NCBI GenBank assembly: GCA_017455745.1
Contig: JAFSZE010000015.1
Span: 1-58,652 of the forward strand
Source of the DNA: Desulfovibrionaceae bacterium
GTDB lineage: Bacteria > Desulfobacterota > Desulfovibrionia > Desulfovibrionales > Desulfovibrionaceae
Direction of reading: 5' to 3'
DNA length: 58,652 nucleotides
The position numbers and the translations under genes were made by a program. The notes below the pieces were generated by a model. That model made no database searches. It was not told the DNA's origin and saw only the letters and a program-made list of their open reading frames with translations. Positions within the stretch are counted from its first letter, which is position 1, and each line of letters starts with the position of its first letter. Shown piece after piece: positions 21,737 through 32,200 of the stretch.

Positions 21737-21993
21737 GCAGATTTCTTTTGTGCAGATTTCTCTGTGCATAGTTCGAGGATTCTTTTCAGGATTCATTTGG
21801 GAATATTTGGAAGAGTAGTTTTGGCATTTGGACTGCAAACAGGAGCGTTTGTTCAAGATTTGTTTGTTTAAAATTTGTGTTTGAGAGTTGAGTGTTTAAG
21901 ATTGTTCTTAAAGTTAGATGCTGTGGCTGTTTTTAGGTTTTGGATGAGTAGAAGTGTGTGGGTGTTGGGAAGTGTTTTGGTGGTGTTTTGAGT

Positions 21994-22622
21994 GCAAGAT
22001 GGTTGTGTTTGTTTTTTGATTTTTTTTGGGGGAAGCAACAAAGGTTGGAAGAGTTATTTGAGTTCAAGATTTGTTTAGGGGTCAAGATGGTTATGAGTGT
22101 TTGTTCTTTTTTTGGGGGAAACAACAAAGGTTGGAAGAGTTGTTTGAGTGCAAGATTTGTTGAGATGTCAAGATGGTTATGAGTGTTTGTTGTTTTTTTG
22201 GGGGAAGCAATGAAGGTTGGAAGAGTTGTGTAGGTTCAAGATTTGTGTAGGTTCAAGATTTGTTTAGGTTCAAGATTTGTTTAGAGATCGAGATGGTTGT
22301 GGTGGTTTGTTGTTTTTTTGGGGGAGCAACGAAGGTTGGAAGAGTTATACATGTTCAAGATTTGTTGAGTGACCAAGATAGTTGTTGGTGTTTGTTGTTT
22401 TTTTGGGAGAAGCAACGAAGGTTGGAAGAGTAGTTTTAGTTCAAGATCTGTTGAGTGGCCAAGATAGTTGTTGGTGTTTGTTTTTGGGGGGAAGTTAAGA
22501 AGGTTGAAAGAGTGTGTAGGTTCAAGATTGGTTGAGTGGTCGAGATGGTTATGGTGGTTTGTTTATTTTTTGTGGGAAGTTAAGAAGGTTGGAAGAGTGT
22601 GTAGGTTCAAGATTTGTTGGTG
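21994..22622 (+). repeat. Seven imperfect ~81-87-bp tandem units (one lengthened by an internal 19-bp triplication)
   Basis: Recurring agatggtt...ttttgggg.aag...aaggttggaagagt...ttcaagatttg blocks starting about 21994, 22082, 22169, 22288, 22373, 22459, 22540. Confidence 0.9.
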
Positions 22623-23210
22623 ATAAAGTTAGATGCAGTAGCAATTTTTGATTTTTGGGTGAGTAGAAGTTTGGGAGTGTTGATGAGGGTTTTGTGTTTT
22701 TTGAGGGCAAGATGGTTAAAGAGTGTTGTTGATTTGTTTTTTTTGAGGTTTATTTTTGCGGTGTAGCAAAGATTTTCCTGTGTATTTCTTAGAAATGGTC
22801 AGGTTTTGCCAATAGTGGCAAAGATTTAGCTTTGGTCTGTGATGTTGTTTGTGATTTTAGAGGCAAAATTTTTGTCGTACACAATATTTTTGGCAGTTAC
22901 GTCTTTAATTTTAGGCTATTTTGGAAAATGTCAAGGGTATTTTGAAATTTTTGGGAATTAGAATCATTTTTTGCTCCATTTTGAGAAGTCTTTTTTTGCT
23001 TTTTAGTGTGTAGATTTGGAGGAAGATAGTTTTTTGGAGATGATCTTTGGGGTGTGATAACTTTTTTTAGGCTAGCAAATGTCATTTATTTTAAGTTAAG
23101 CTCTTTTTGTCTTTCTTTGGCTAGTCTTTGGATTTGTTAGATTGGGTTGAACAGGCTTTTTTGGCTAACAAGCTAAGCAAACATTTTTAAGTTTAGGATC
23201 TGGAGTGATC

Positions 23211-23960
23211 ATGCGCAAATTGGCTAAACTTACAGGGATCTTTTTGGCGTTGGGGATTATTTTTTCGGCTAATCTCATTTGGGCCTTTGCCAATAATGAT
23301 CCCAGAAATTTGTTGGCCAAGATGGAGAGAACCATGCAGGAAGGCGCAAGATCGCCTCTGCAAGGTGCTTGGCTTGGCCAGAAGGGCTTTGAGGCTGTTG
23401 TTTTACTCTTTACGCAGAATTTCTGTGCTCTAGGTGTTGGCAATCAAGAGTACTATGGAATTTTTGCTACTAGAGGCAATAGGCTTTATTTGAATTTGCA
23501 AGATGGCCGGAAGTTAGAGTTTTATTATGTTCTGCAGGGGCAAACCTTGGTTTTGGATAATGATGTAAGGTTGACCTATTACCCATTAAATAATCAAGGC
23601 AACTTTGGCTTTGATGGCTCTAGTCCTCGCAATAATCAGTTTGGATCTGGTTTTGGGCCTGCTCCTGCTCCAAACGCTATACCTGGTTTTGGTGCATCTA
23701 ATCCCTTGGAGGGCACTTGGATTAGTCATGCAGCCAATGGCACCTTTAGCATGATTTTTAGCGGCAATACCTATTCTTTTAGGCTTAATAACCAGGAAGC
23801 AGAGCGGGGCACCTTCACCTATGCCAATGGCTTTATGGATTATCGCATCTTGCAGGGGCGTGGCGCTGGTACAACCGGGCGCTATCGTGTTGATTTTAAC
23901 GGCAATAGTATGACTTTGACTCCGCCCAATGGCAGTTCCAAGACTTTTATACGCCGCTAG
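23211..23960 (+). CDS. Predicted exported protein with two related beta-rich repeats and a G/P/N-rich linker
   Basis: Signal peptide MRKLAK...IWAFA; repeats begin PLQGAW and PLEGTW. Confidence 0.75.
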   Translation: MRKLAKLTGIFLALGIIFSANLIWAFANNDPRNLLAKMERTMQEGARSPLQGAWLGQKGFEAVVLLFTQNFCALGVGNQEYYGIFATRGNRLYLNLQDGRKLEFYYVLQGQTLVLDNDVRLTYYPLNNQGNFGFDGSSPRNNQFGSGFGPAPAPNAIPGFGASNPLEGTWISHAANGTFSMIFSGNTYSFRLNNQEAERGTFTYANGFMDYRILQGRGAGTTGRYRVDFNGNSMTLTPPNGSSKTFIRR

Positions 23961-24050
23961 TTTTTAGGGGGGTAGAGACTGCTCTTAATGATTTTTTAAG
24001 CCTTTGCCCAAAACTCTTTGGTATTTTGATTTGTCTCTCAGGGGCCTTGT

Positions 24051-24893
24051 ATGCGCGAAATTTCTGCCACTGAACTTGCTAAAGCAGTTGGCAAGTTGAT
24101 CATTATGGCTTCCTGCAAGTTGCCTAAAAGTGTGACCACTGCTTTGGAGGTAGCTAGGCTCCATGAACCATCCAAAGTTGCTGGAGAAATTTTGGGCAAG
24201 CTTTTGGAAAATGCCCAGATAGCCGCCACTGAAGCTTGGCCTATCTGTCAAGAGATAGGTCAAGTGGTTGTTTTTGTTGATTTAGGTCAAGAAGTTCAGA
24301 TAGTTGGTGGTGATTTTAATGCAGCCATCCAGACAGGGGTGGCATATGGCCATAAGGTAGGCAGTCTTAAAAAAAGTGTTCTTGCTGAGCCTTTGTTTGA
24401 GCGGGAAGAAGAATGTGCAACTGATGCCATCATCCATTTGCGCATGGTGGAAGGCGATAAGGTACATCTTTTGCTTGGCCTTAAAGGGGCTTGTGCTGAA
24501 AATAGCTCTTATTTTCGAGTGCTTGATCCGAGTTATGGTCTTTTGGGTGTGCGGGAGAAAGTTTTAGAGGCCATTAGGGCAATTTCAGCACAAGTTTGTG
24601 CCCCGTGGGTGATTGGGGTTGGCATAGGTGGCAATACGGAGGCGTGTTGTTTGTTGGCCAAGAGAGCTGCCTTGCGCAGTGTGGGCTCTGCCAATCAGCA
24701 TCCCAAATATCATGCTCTTGAGCGCGACTTATTGGATGCCATCAATCAGAGTGGCATTGGCCCTGAAGGTTTTGGTGGATCAACTACTGCTTTGGCGGTC
24801 AATGTGGAATGGGGGCCAACGCATATGGAATCTTTGCCTGTGGCCGTAAATATCAACTGTCATGCGGCTAGATCTGCTCAAATGATTCTTTAA
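24051..24893 (+). CDS. Fe-S hydro-lyase alpha subunit (class I fumarase/tartrate dehydratase family), divergent
   Basis: PICQEIG, GVGIGG, GIGPEGFGG, PTH..LPVAVNINCHAAR. Confidence 0.85.
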   Translation: MREISATELAKAVGKLIIMASCKLPKSVTTALEVARLHEPSKVAGEILGKLLENAQIAATEAWPICQEIGQVVVFVDLGQEVQIVGGDFNAAIQTGVAYGHKVGSLKKSVLAEPLFEREEECATDAIIHLRMVEGDKVHLLLGLKGACAENSSYFRVLDPSYGLLGVREKVLEAIRAISAQVCAPWVIGVGIGGNTEACCLLAKRAALRSVGSANQHPKYHALERDLLDAINQSGIGPEGFGGSTTALAVNVEWGPTHMESLPVAVNINCHAARSAQMIL

Positions 24894-24903
24894 GGGGATA
24901 GAG

Positions 24904-25467
24904 ATGGGCCAGGTAAAAAGTCTAGCCATCACAGCGCCTTTTAATGAGGAGATAGCCGGAAGTTTGCGGGCAGGCCAATTGGTTTCAATTACAGGTTATC
25001 TTTTATTGGCCTATGACTTGGCTCTTAAGCGTTTGGTTGACTGTGTGGAGAGTGGAGAGAAATTGCCTTGTGATTTGCACAATGAGGTCCTCTACTATGT
25101 GTCGCCATCTGAACCTAGATCTGGGATGATTTTAGGATCTGCTGCGCCAGGTTTTGCTAGTCGGATGGATAAGTATGCCCCTATGTTAATCTACATGGGG
25201 CTAAAAGGCATGATTGGCAGGGGAGTGCGTAGTGGAGAGGTTGTGCGTGCCATAAAAGCTTACAAGGTACCTTATTTGGCTGCCCTAGGTGGGGCCGGTG
25301 CTTTGATTGCCAAGAGTATTAAATCCTACAAGGTTATTGCCTGGCCAGATTTGGGTAAAAATGCTTTGGCTAGGGTCCAGGTGGTCGATTTTCCGGCAAT
25401 TTGTGCCATGGATATTTTAGGCAATGATTTTTATACCATTGGGCCAGCTAGCTATTCTCGAACCTAA
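24904..25467 (+). CDS. Fe-S hydro-lyase beta subunit (class I fumarase/tartrate dehydratase family), divergent
   Basis: SRMDKYAP, GMIGRG, GGAGAL, PDLG, DFP; adjacent to the alpha subunit. Confidence 0.85.
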   Translation: MGQVKSLAITAPFNEEIAGSLRAGQLVSITGYLLLAYDLALKRLVDCVESGEKLPCDLHNEVLYYVSPSEPRSGMILGSAAPGFASRMDKYAPMLIYMGLKGMIGRGVRSGEVVRAIKAYKVPYLAALGGAGALIAKSIKSYKVIAWPDLGKNALARVQVVDFPAICAMDILGNDFYTIGPASYSRT

Positions 25468-25709
25468 AAATTTTCTTTTTTTGTGCGATATAGTTTGGGT
25501 AGATTGACACTGGAAAGTTAGCCAAAAAGTTACCTCACCCTCTTTTTGAGTTACTTGGAATTTTGCGAAAATTTTAGATTTTACGGTTTAACTTTTTGTT
25601 TTTAGTGTGTAAGTAGGTTTTATGTGAAAACGTTTAACTTTTTTGAGGTGAGTTAAGCTTTGGTTTTTTCGAAATTTTAGTAGAAGTGTTTGCGGTGTTA
25701 CTGACTGAC

Positions 25710-25726
25710 TTGGTATCGATTTTGCA
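25710..25726 (+). promoter_or_regulatory. sigma54 -24/-12 promoter for the flagellin pair
   Basis: TTGGTATCGATTTTGCA: GG-N10-GC spacing. Confidence 0.65.
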
Positions 25727-26004
25727 TAAAATTTTTAATCCTTTGCTTTAAATTTGAGGTTTGTCTAGACTGGCAATGGCCTTTACACTGGCCAAAATGA
25801 GATCTGGCCAAATGTGGGATGATATCTTGAAGGTACATATTTAGTTTTAAGCCTTTGTCAGGGCTAATCTTGCTTTAAGTTTAAGCCAAACCTAACACTA
25901 ATAAATGCAATTAATTTTATTACCCAACATATTGTAATTGAATTTAGAAGAAAGTTTTATTTGATCTTAGATAGTATTGTTGGTATATTATAAGGATTTA
26001 AGCC

Positions 26005-27501
26005 ATGTCGCTATCAATCAATAATAATCCACTTGCCCTAACAACGGCGGATGAGTTGACAAGAAACTACTCGAAGTTGTCTCGTACAACAGAGCGTCTC
26101 TCGTCTGGGTTGCGGATCAATAGTGCCGCTGATGATGCTGCTGGGCTTGCTATCCGAGAACTTATGAGAGCAGACATTGCGGCACTTCGGCAGGGTATGC
26201 GCAATACCAATGATGCTATTTCTATGCTCCAGACTGCTGATGGTGCTTTAGGGATTATTGATGAGAAGTTGATTCGGATGAAGGAGTTGGCTGAGCAGGC
26301 ATCAACGGGAAGCTATAATTCTGTTCAGCGGGCAATGATTGATTCTGAATTTCAGCAGATGGCCAGTGAGATTGATAGGATTGCTAGGGCGACGGATTTT
26401 AATGGGGTTAAGATTTTGGATTATAATGGCGTTAGTTCTACTACTGGAACCGGTTCTGATGGAAATCAATATGTGACGTCAGTTACTAATGCTGATAGTA
26501 GTACATTTGGCGATCCATCTCAAATTCCAATTGGTGATTCGATTTATAAAATAAGAAGTTCTAAATATTCATATTTTGATGGTGTTGATGCTGGATTAAC
26601 ACTTAGTATTACAAATGGATCAAATGTAGACCCATCTAAAACTTATACTATCGGTTGGAATGGTTCACATTGGACAGTTGAATCATTTCAGTATGAATCA
26701 AATCCTTATAGCATGGGAGCTGGTAAATATACTTATGATCCATCTAATATAAATGCTTTAATCATAAATGATGCTGGTAATACTATAAATTTATCACTAT
26801 CAGTTTATGATTCAAACAACAATCTTGTAACAAATTATGCCCCATTGACTGGAGAATCTACGACTGTTAATGTATATAATTCAAATAGCACAAGTTTTCC
26901 AACGTTTAGTTTATCACCTGATTCTGCAACAGGATCTCTTACAGCTACCCAAAACGGTAATGGGGTTGACTTCACGATCGACATGGGAAATGGGAATACT
27001 TTTAGTAAAAGTTACAGTAATGCTTTAAATTTATCAGGCGCTATGTTTGTTGTAACTAATAAAATAAAAGATCCAGATGAACCTGCTGAAATCCCAGACG
27101 ACGTAGTCAAAATCCACTTTGGAACTGGCAATGATTCATCTGAAGATTATTATTACATAAATAAAAGCGATGCTACAATAAATGGTCTTGGACTTAGCGG
27201 TGTTACAATTGACACTCAAGAGGGAGCGCAAAAATCATTAGAAACAATAGATGATGCTATAGTAAAAAAAGACGAAATCCGTGCCTACTATGGCACAATG
27301 CAAAATCGTCTAGAGAACACTCTGACAAATCTGTCAGTTCAAGCAGAAAATTTACAAGCAGCGGAAACAAGAATTTCAGATGCCGATGTGGCAACAGAAA
27401 TGATGCATTTTGTTAGGAATCAAATACTGACCCAATCAGCTCTGGCCATGCTCTCACAAGCAAATAATATACCTCAGATGGCAATGCGATTGATTGTATA
27501 A
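26005..27501 (+). CDS. Flagellin with large inserted domain (498 aa)
   Basis: ERLSSGLRINSAADDAAGLAI, KIHFGTGND..EDYYY, QNRLE, RISDADVA, ALAMLSQAN. Confidence 0.95.
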   Translation: MSLSINNNPLALTTADELTRNYSKLSRTTERLSSGLRINSAADDAAGLAIRELMRADIAALRQGMRNTNDAISMLQTADGALGIIDEKLIRMKELAEQASTGSYNSVQRAMIDSEFQQMASEIDRIARATDFNGVKILDYNGVSSTTGTGSDGNQYVTSVTNADSSTFGDPSQIPIGDSIYKIRSSKYSYFDGVDAGLTLSITNGSNVDPSKTYTIGWNGSHWTVESFQYESNPYSMGAGKYTYDPSNINALIINDAGNTINLSLSVYDSNNNLVTNYAPLTGESTTVNVYNSNSTSFPTFSLSPDSATGSLTATQNGNGVDFTIDMGNGNTFSKSYSNALNLSGAMFVVTNKIKDPDEPAEIPDDVVKIHFGTGNDSSEDYYYINKSDATINGLGLSGVTIDTQEGAQKSLETIDDAIVKKDEIRAYYGTMQNRLENTLTNLSVQAENLQAAETRISDADVATEMMHFVRNQILTQSALAMLSQANNIPQMAMRLIV

Positions 27502-27555
27502 ATGACTATAGTCAGTATCTAACTTCAAAGGTTTTAACTTTGTTGGGTGTTAGAG

Positions 27556-28941
27556 ATGTCTCTTGCTATTAATCACAATTTGATAGCCTCAGGTGTCTTT
27601 AGTAAGCTCAGTTTAAGTTATGGTAATTTATCTGAATCCACTAAGAGGCTGAGTACAGGTCTTCGCATAAATTCTGCCGATGATGACGCTGCAGGTTTGG
27701 CTATTCGAGAGCTCCAAAGATCTGACATCGCTGCTCTCCAACAGGGTATCCGCAATTCCAATGACGCCATCTCTCTTCTTCAAACTGCTGATGCAGCCCT
27801 TGGGATCATTGATGAAAAACTTATTCGCATGAAAGAATTGGCCGAACAAGCATCTACTGGAACATATGACTCTACTCAAAGACTGATTTTAAATGAAGAA
27901 TTTCAGCTGATGGCTGATGAAATAGACCGAATTGCTGATGCTACAGATTTTAATGGAATCCATCTATTAAACGGCAATCTTTGCGGAAATCATGACGGGA
28001 GTTCGCTTACATCTACAGGATCTCTTAAGGTTCATTTTGGGGCAGGAAATGATTCCGCAGAAGATTATTATTATATTAGTATCGATGATTGTCATGTAAC
28101 TTCTCTTTTTCCGCCTACAGTAGATGTTGATTGGCCGGGTGCAGAAATTATAGAGGGACGATATGTTTTTGAAGTGGAAGAAAAGATTGCTGGAGATTGG
28201 AATACAGGTTTGGATGCTTATGTCATTCCAAGTGGATTGAAAAATATTGAGATCGTATCTCAAGGTAATTATGGTGGTCAACATAAGCCTCATGTCAATC
28301 TTTTTTCATCAGATGGTACACAGCTTACTGGATATTCACTTGATGATTCAAGATACAGTCAAAATTGGTGGAATAATATGACTGGGGATCAGGTCGTTAA
28401 TGGGGCAGGATTCGCCCAAAATGCACAATATAATGGACAAAGTATAGTTAATCAGGCAGGTCAGAGTGTTAGTCATAATGGTTTAACGGTAAATATGATA
28501 ACATCTCAGAATGAAGTTTATGACGCAGATGAAATAATTACTATAGAAGAAGTTACGGATAATCTTGTATTTTTAATTGGTGGACATGCTAATGGTAGAT
28601 GTAATCAATATGATTTAAGGATATCTTGTGATATACCAAGACCGTCTATTACGGTCCAAGAAGATGCTCAAAAAGTTCTTGCTGCATGTGATGTCGCAAT
28701 TGAAAATAAGGATAAAATACGTTCGAAGATAGGAGCATTACAAAATAGATTAGAAAATACAATTAGTAGCTTACAAATTCAATCTCAGAATCTTGAAATG
28801 GCTTCATCAAGAATTTCAGATGTGGATGTTTCGCAAGAAATGTCGAATTTTGTGAGAAGTCAGATTATAACTCAATCTGCAGTTGCTATGTTGACTCAAG
28901 CAAATTCTTTTCCTCAGATGGCAATGCGATTAATCAGCTAA
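27556..28941 (+). CDS. Flagellin with inserted domain (461 aa from ATG 27556)
   Basis: Conserved flagellin N- and C-terminal domains; KVHFGAGNDSAEDYYY. Confidence 0.95.
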   Translation: MSLAINHNLIASGVFSKLSLSYGNLSESTKRLSTGLRINSADDDAAGLAIRELQRSDIAALQQGIRNSNDAISLLQTADAALGIIDEKLIRMKELAEQASTGTYDSTQRLILNEEFQLMADEIDRIADATDFNGIHLLNGNLCGNHDGSSLTSTGSLKVHFGAGNDSAEDYYYISIDDCHVTSLFPPTVDVDWPGAEIIEGRYVFEVEEKIAGDWNTGLDAYVIPSGLKNIEIVSQGNYGGQHKPHVNLFSSDGTQLTGYSLDDSRYSQNWWNNMTGDQVVNGAGFAQNAQYNGQSIVNQAGQSVSHNGLTVNMITSQNEVYDADEIITIEEVTDNLVFLIGGHANGRCNQYDLRISCDIPRPSITVQEDAQKVLAACDVAIENKDKIRSKIGALQNRLENTISSLQIQSQNLEMASSRISDVDVSQEMSNFVRSQIITQSAVAMLTQANSFPQMAMRLIS

Positions 28942-28999
28942 ATGATACGCATCTGCAATCAAACTTTTTCTGCGATAAAATTATCTTATAAAAACTTTA

Positions 29000-29044
29000 G
29001 CCCCTTGGCCTCTACTTTTATGGCCAAGGGGCGTTTTGTTTTTT
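29000..29044 (+). terminator. Intrinsic terminator after the flagellin pair
   Basis: gccccttggcc / ggccaaggggc stem plus T-rich tail. Confidence 0.8.
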
Positions 29045-29229
29045 GAAAGTCTTACTTTTAGGAGTTTATGGCTACACGTTCACCAAACAGTTTTTTCTCA
29101 TCCAAGAAGATATAACTGGCCTATGAAGATCATTTTTGCAGATGATTTAGATCGTTTATACGCGCAACATACACAATAAAAATACTAAACACTTTCTTTG
29201 TTGTATTTGACAAGTAGCTCTAAGGTAGA

Positions 29230-32200
29230 TTAAGTATCTTGTACATTAAACTTTTTTTCCAAAATATCTTTTAAAGCATTTTTTGCTCTAATAATATCTT
29301 CTAAGGTATTTTTTTCGGCAGAACTAGACCCAGATGACCCTATTGGATCAAATTGAACTAAAATATTAAATTTTATATCCATCTGAATTTCTCCTTGCAA
29401 AATAACAATATCTTCTGTCATATCCTTAAGATCATAAAGTTGCTCTGGGGTAATGGAGAATTTTAAAAATTCAGATGAATGCTTCTTTTCAGTATGTGTA
29501 ACCGATGGGTTTAATGGTGGAATTCGAATTTTTACATACTCTGCTGATGTGGCATCACAAGGCCATGGCGCGCCAGACGGATCTATTTCGATGCATTTAG
29601 CAGTGATAGCAGATGTGATCGCCTCTTTGATCGTAACCCAAGGAAGTGGAAGTCCTTTTTTCTCTGAGAGAATATCTCTTATACGCTTCACGGTTGATGT
29701 ATTATCTGTCCAGGCATCGGGAAGATTTTCTGGAGTGAGCGCAAAACCATTAATCGAGTCTGGCGGGCGGCGTAGTCTGGAAGTATCTGTTAAAACACCG
29801 TCTGGAATTTTTTCCTTAAAAATTGAGGTTGTGGTATTAAGTAGCCACAAATTTCCATTTTCAACATTCTTTTCGATGGCTGCGTAGACTGCATCCTTTG
29901 TGGCTGCTGGAACAGGCAGATGTTCTTCATAGCCATCCATCTGTTTTATGATGTTTTTTTGGCCCGAAAAATGTTCTAAGACTCTTTCAACTTTAATTTC
30001 TTCATCATTATCCGACCACAATTTCATGTCAGAAGTTGGCAGAATGATGGCTGGACTTATGGTTTCTAACTTTGCAGCTTCTGGAAGCCAAACCTCAAGT
30101 GCTAGGTCTTGCATACTCTTTTCATCTGGAGGGCATTTCCACCATGAACGACTTGAACCATCAGGTCTCGGTAACCTAAGCACGAAAATGCCGTCCAAAC
30201 ATCCAGCTTTCAGGGTCTCGCGTATCGGATCAAGCGAAAGCATTTTTGGCATATCGGGGCGCTTAGTGAATGTGCCTAGAATGTCTTTTACTGGTCTGTA
30301 TTGGTCTTTTGGCCCCCAAAGGTTGTATGGACCGCCAGGCAAAAGAGATTCTGCATTCATAGCGGATGACTGTATTCGTATGCGCTGATCTTTTTTTATG
30401 GCCACAAAAGGTGTTAAAGAACCAAGATTTAGCTTATAGGCTTTTGGCGTTCTCTTTTCATCAAGAGTTATAGCCATGCACCACGCTTGTTTGATTGCAT
30501 CAGCGAGTTTGCCATTGGCAGCATTTAAGAGAGTACTTAATGTGGATAAACGTGCTTGATCCAAGCTTCTGGTAGACTGTTCTTGTAGTTCATTCTTAAC
30601 TTTTTGCCAGGCAATGACGTCAGCAACTCTTTCTAGGGCAATGTCTAAACCACTTTTTGATGGGGCCAGCAAGACTATGGCATTGCAATGTATACGTGGG
30701 GCATCTGGATGGAGCGTTTCTTTTAAGAATTTTTCCGCAAAGGTCGATGGTGTAGAACCGTCACAAGCACCTTGAGGCGGCAGAACAACAAAATGAAATT
30801 TGCCATCATCCGCTACGTTGGCAGGAGAAGTTGGCAACTTGTGTGTTGCAACGCAAGTATCAACTTCTGACGTGAAGAATTTTTCATTGTTGATAGATTG
30901 CAATAAGCGAGCAGATTTTTCTTCAGCACTTAAAAGCTTTCTTTGCGAGTCGTGCATTTGATTTAAATTAGGCTTGTTACCAAGTTTCCATTTCTGGGGC
31001 GTGCCTTCAGTAGTTGAGAGCTGATCATCAAGCCAAAAACTGGTATCGGCCCACTGGCGTAGAGCCTTGCAGAGATCAATTTTCTGAGGCTTTTCCATGC
31101 TAACCAGAGGCCAAAGTTTGCTGCTCGGACAATCCATACCGATTGGTTGCGAATGAAGAAATACAGCGATAACAGCTTGTTCTATTTCACGATTTTTTAG
31201 CCCAAAGCTTTCATCAGCTTCTGCAGCCCGGGCAAGCTCTGTACGCAGAATGCTGCCCCAGGCACTGGGAGTGTCCACGGCACGATCAGCAGTGGTTACA
31301 AGTTCCTGCGTTGCAGGTGGAAGATCTCCATTGATTTTAGCCGGAAGAAAGATTTCTGCTCCAATCATGGGCGACTCATCCCAGTGTACAGCGTCTTGCA
31401 GAGCCAAGGCGAAAGTACGCAGTAGACCTCTTGTACGCTGGAAACTACGCAGATTATTCCATTTAGAATAAAAAATTTCCATGAGTTCAGGATGAAATGG
31501 ATAGTACTTTTGATATAACTCTTCCTGCTCTCTTAAGTGTTTTTTTGTATACTCGTCTATATTAGCGACATTAGCCACGACTTTTTGGATGTGCTCACGA
31601 AAAATGGAGGGGTCACGTATGGAGTCTGGGGTGAAGAAACGTCGGCGCAAAATTTCATATACTTCATCTTTTTCTACAGCAACGGTAACTCCTTGCTGCT
31701 GACGACCAAAAATATTTGAAATATCACTCTCTAAAGAGAATCCTAGCTGGTTATTATGGTCTGGATTACTGCTTAACAAAGAGGCAACAAGGCAGCAATT
31801 GGGAGTTTTAGATACAGCTTGTGTCAATGCTTGAAAGAAATTAATTAAATACCCACGCCAATTTGTATTTTGATCATTATTGTTCGAACCAGTTTTTGAA
31901 ATTGCATACATTAAAACTTCATCTATAAGGATGAGGAGAGGAATATTATCGCGCATGGCAGGCGCTAACAGTCTTATAAGCGGATCTTCAGATGGAGGTG
32001 TATCACGCTCATCCCGTGGATGCTTTTGGTTGAGCTCAGCTATACCTTTTTCACCAGCAATTTGCCAAGCAAGAATACTCCATGGATATGTAAATTTTTT
32101 GCTAACACCAGTTGGAGAAAGCACTTCAAGTCCATCATTAGCGTCAATTTTATCAAAGCACAGAGCAACTACCCGAGATTTTGGAATAGGTATATCGGCT

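Noticed and set aside
21994-22622. Possible CRISPR array
   Set aside because: Units are homologous along their full length with no unique spacers, no palindromic repeat and no cas genes
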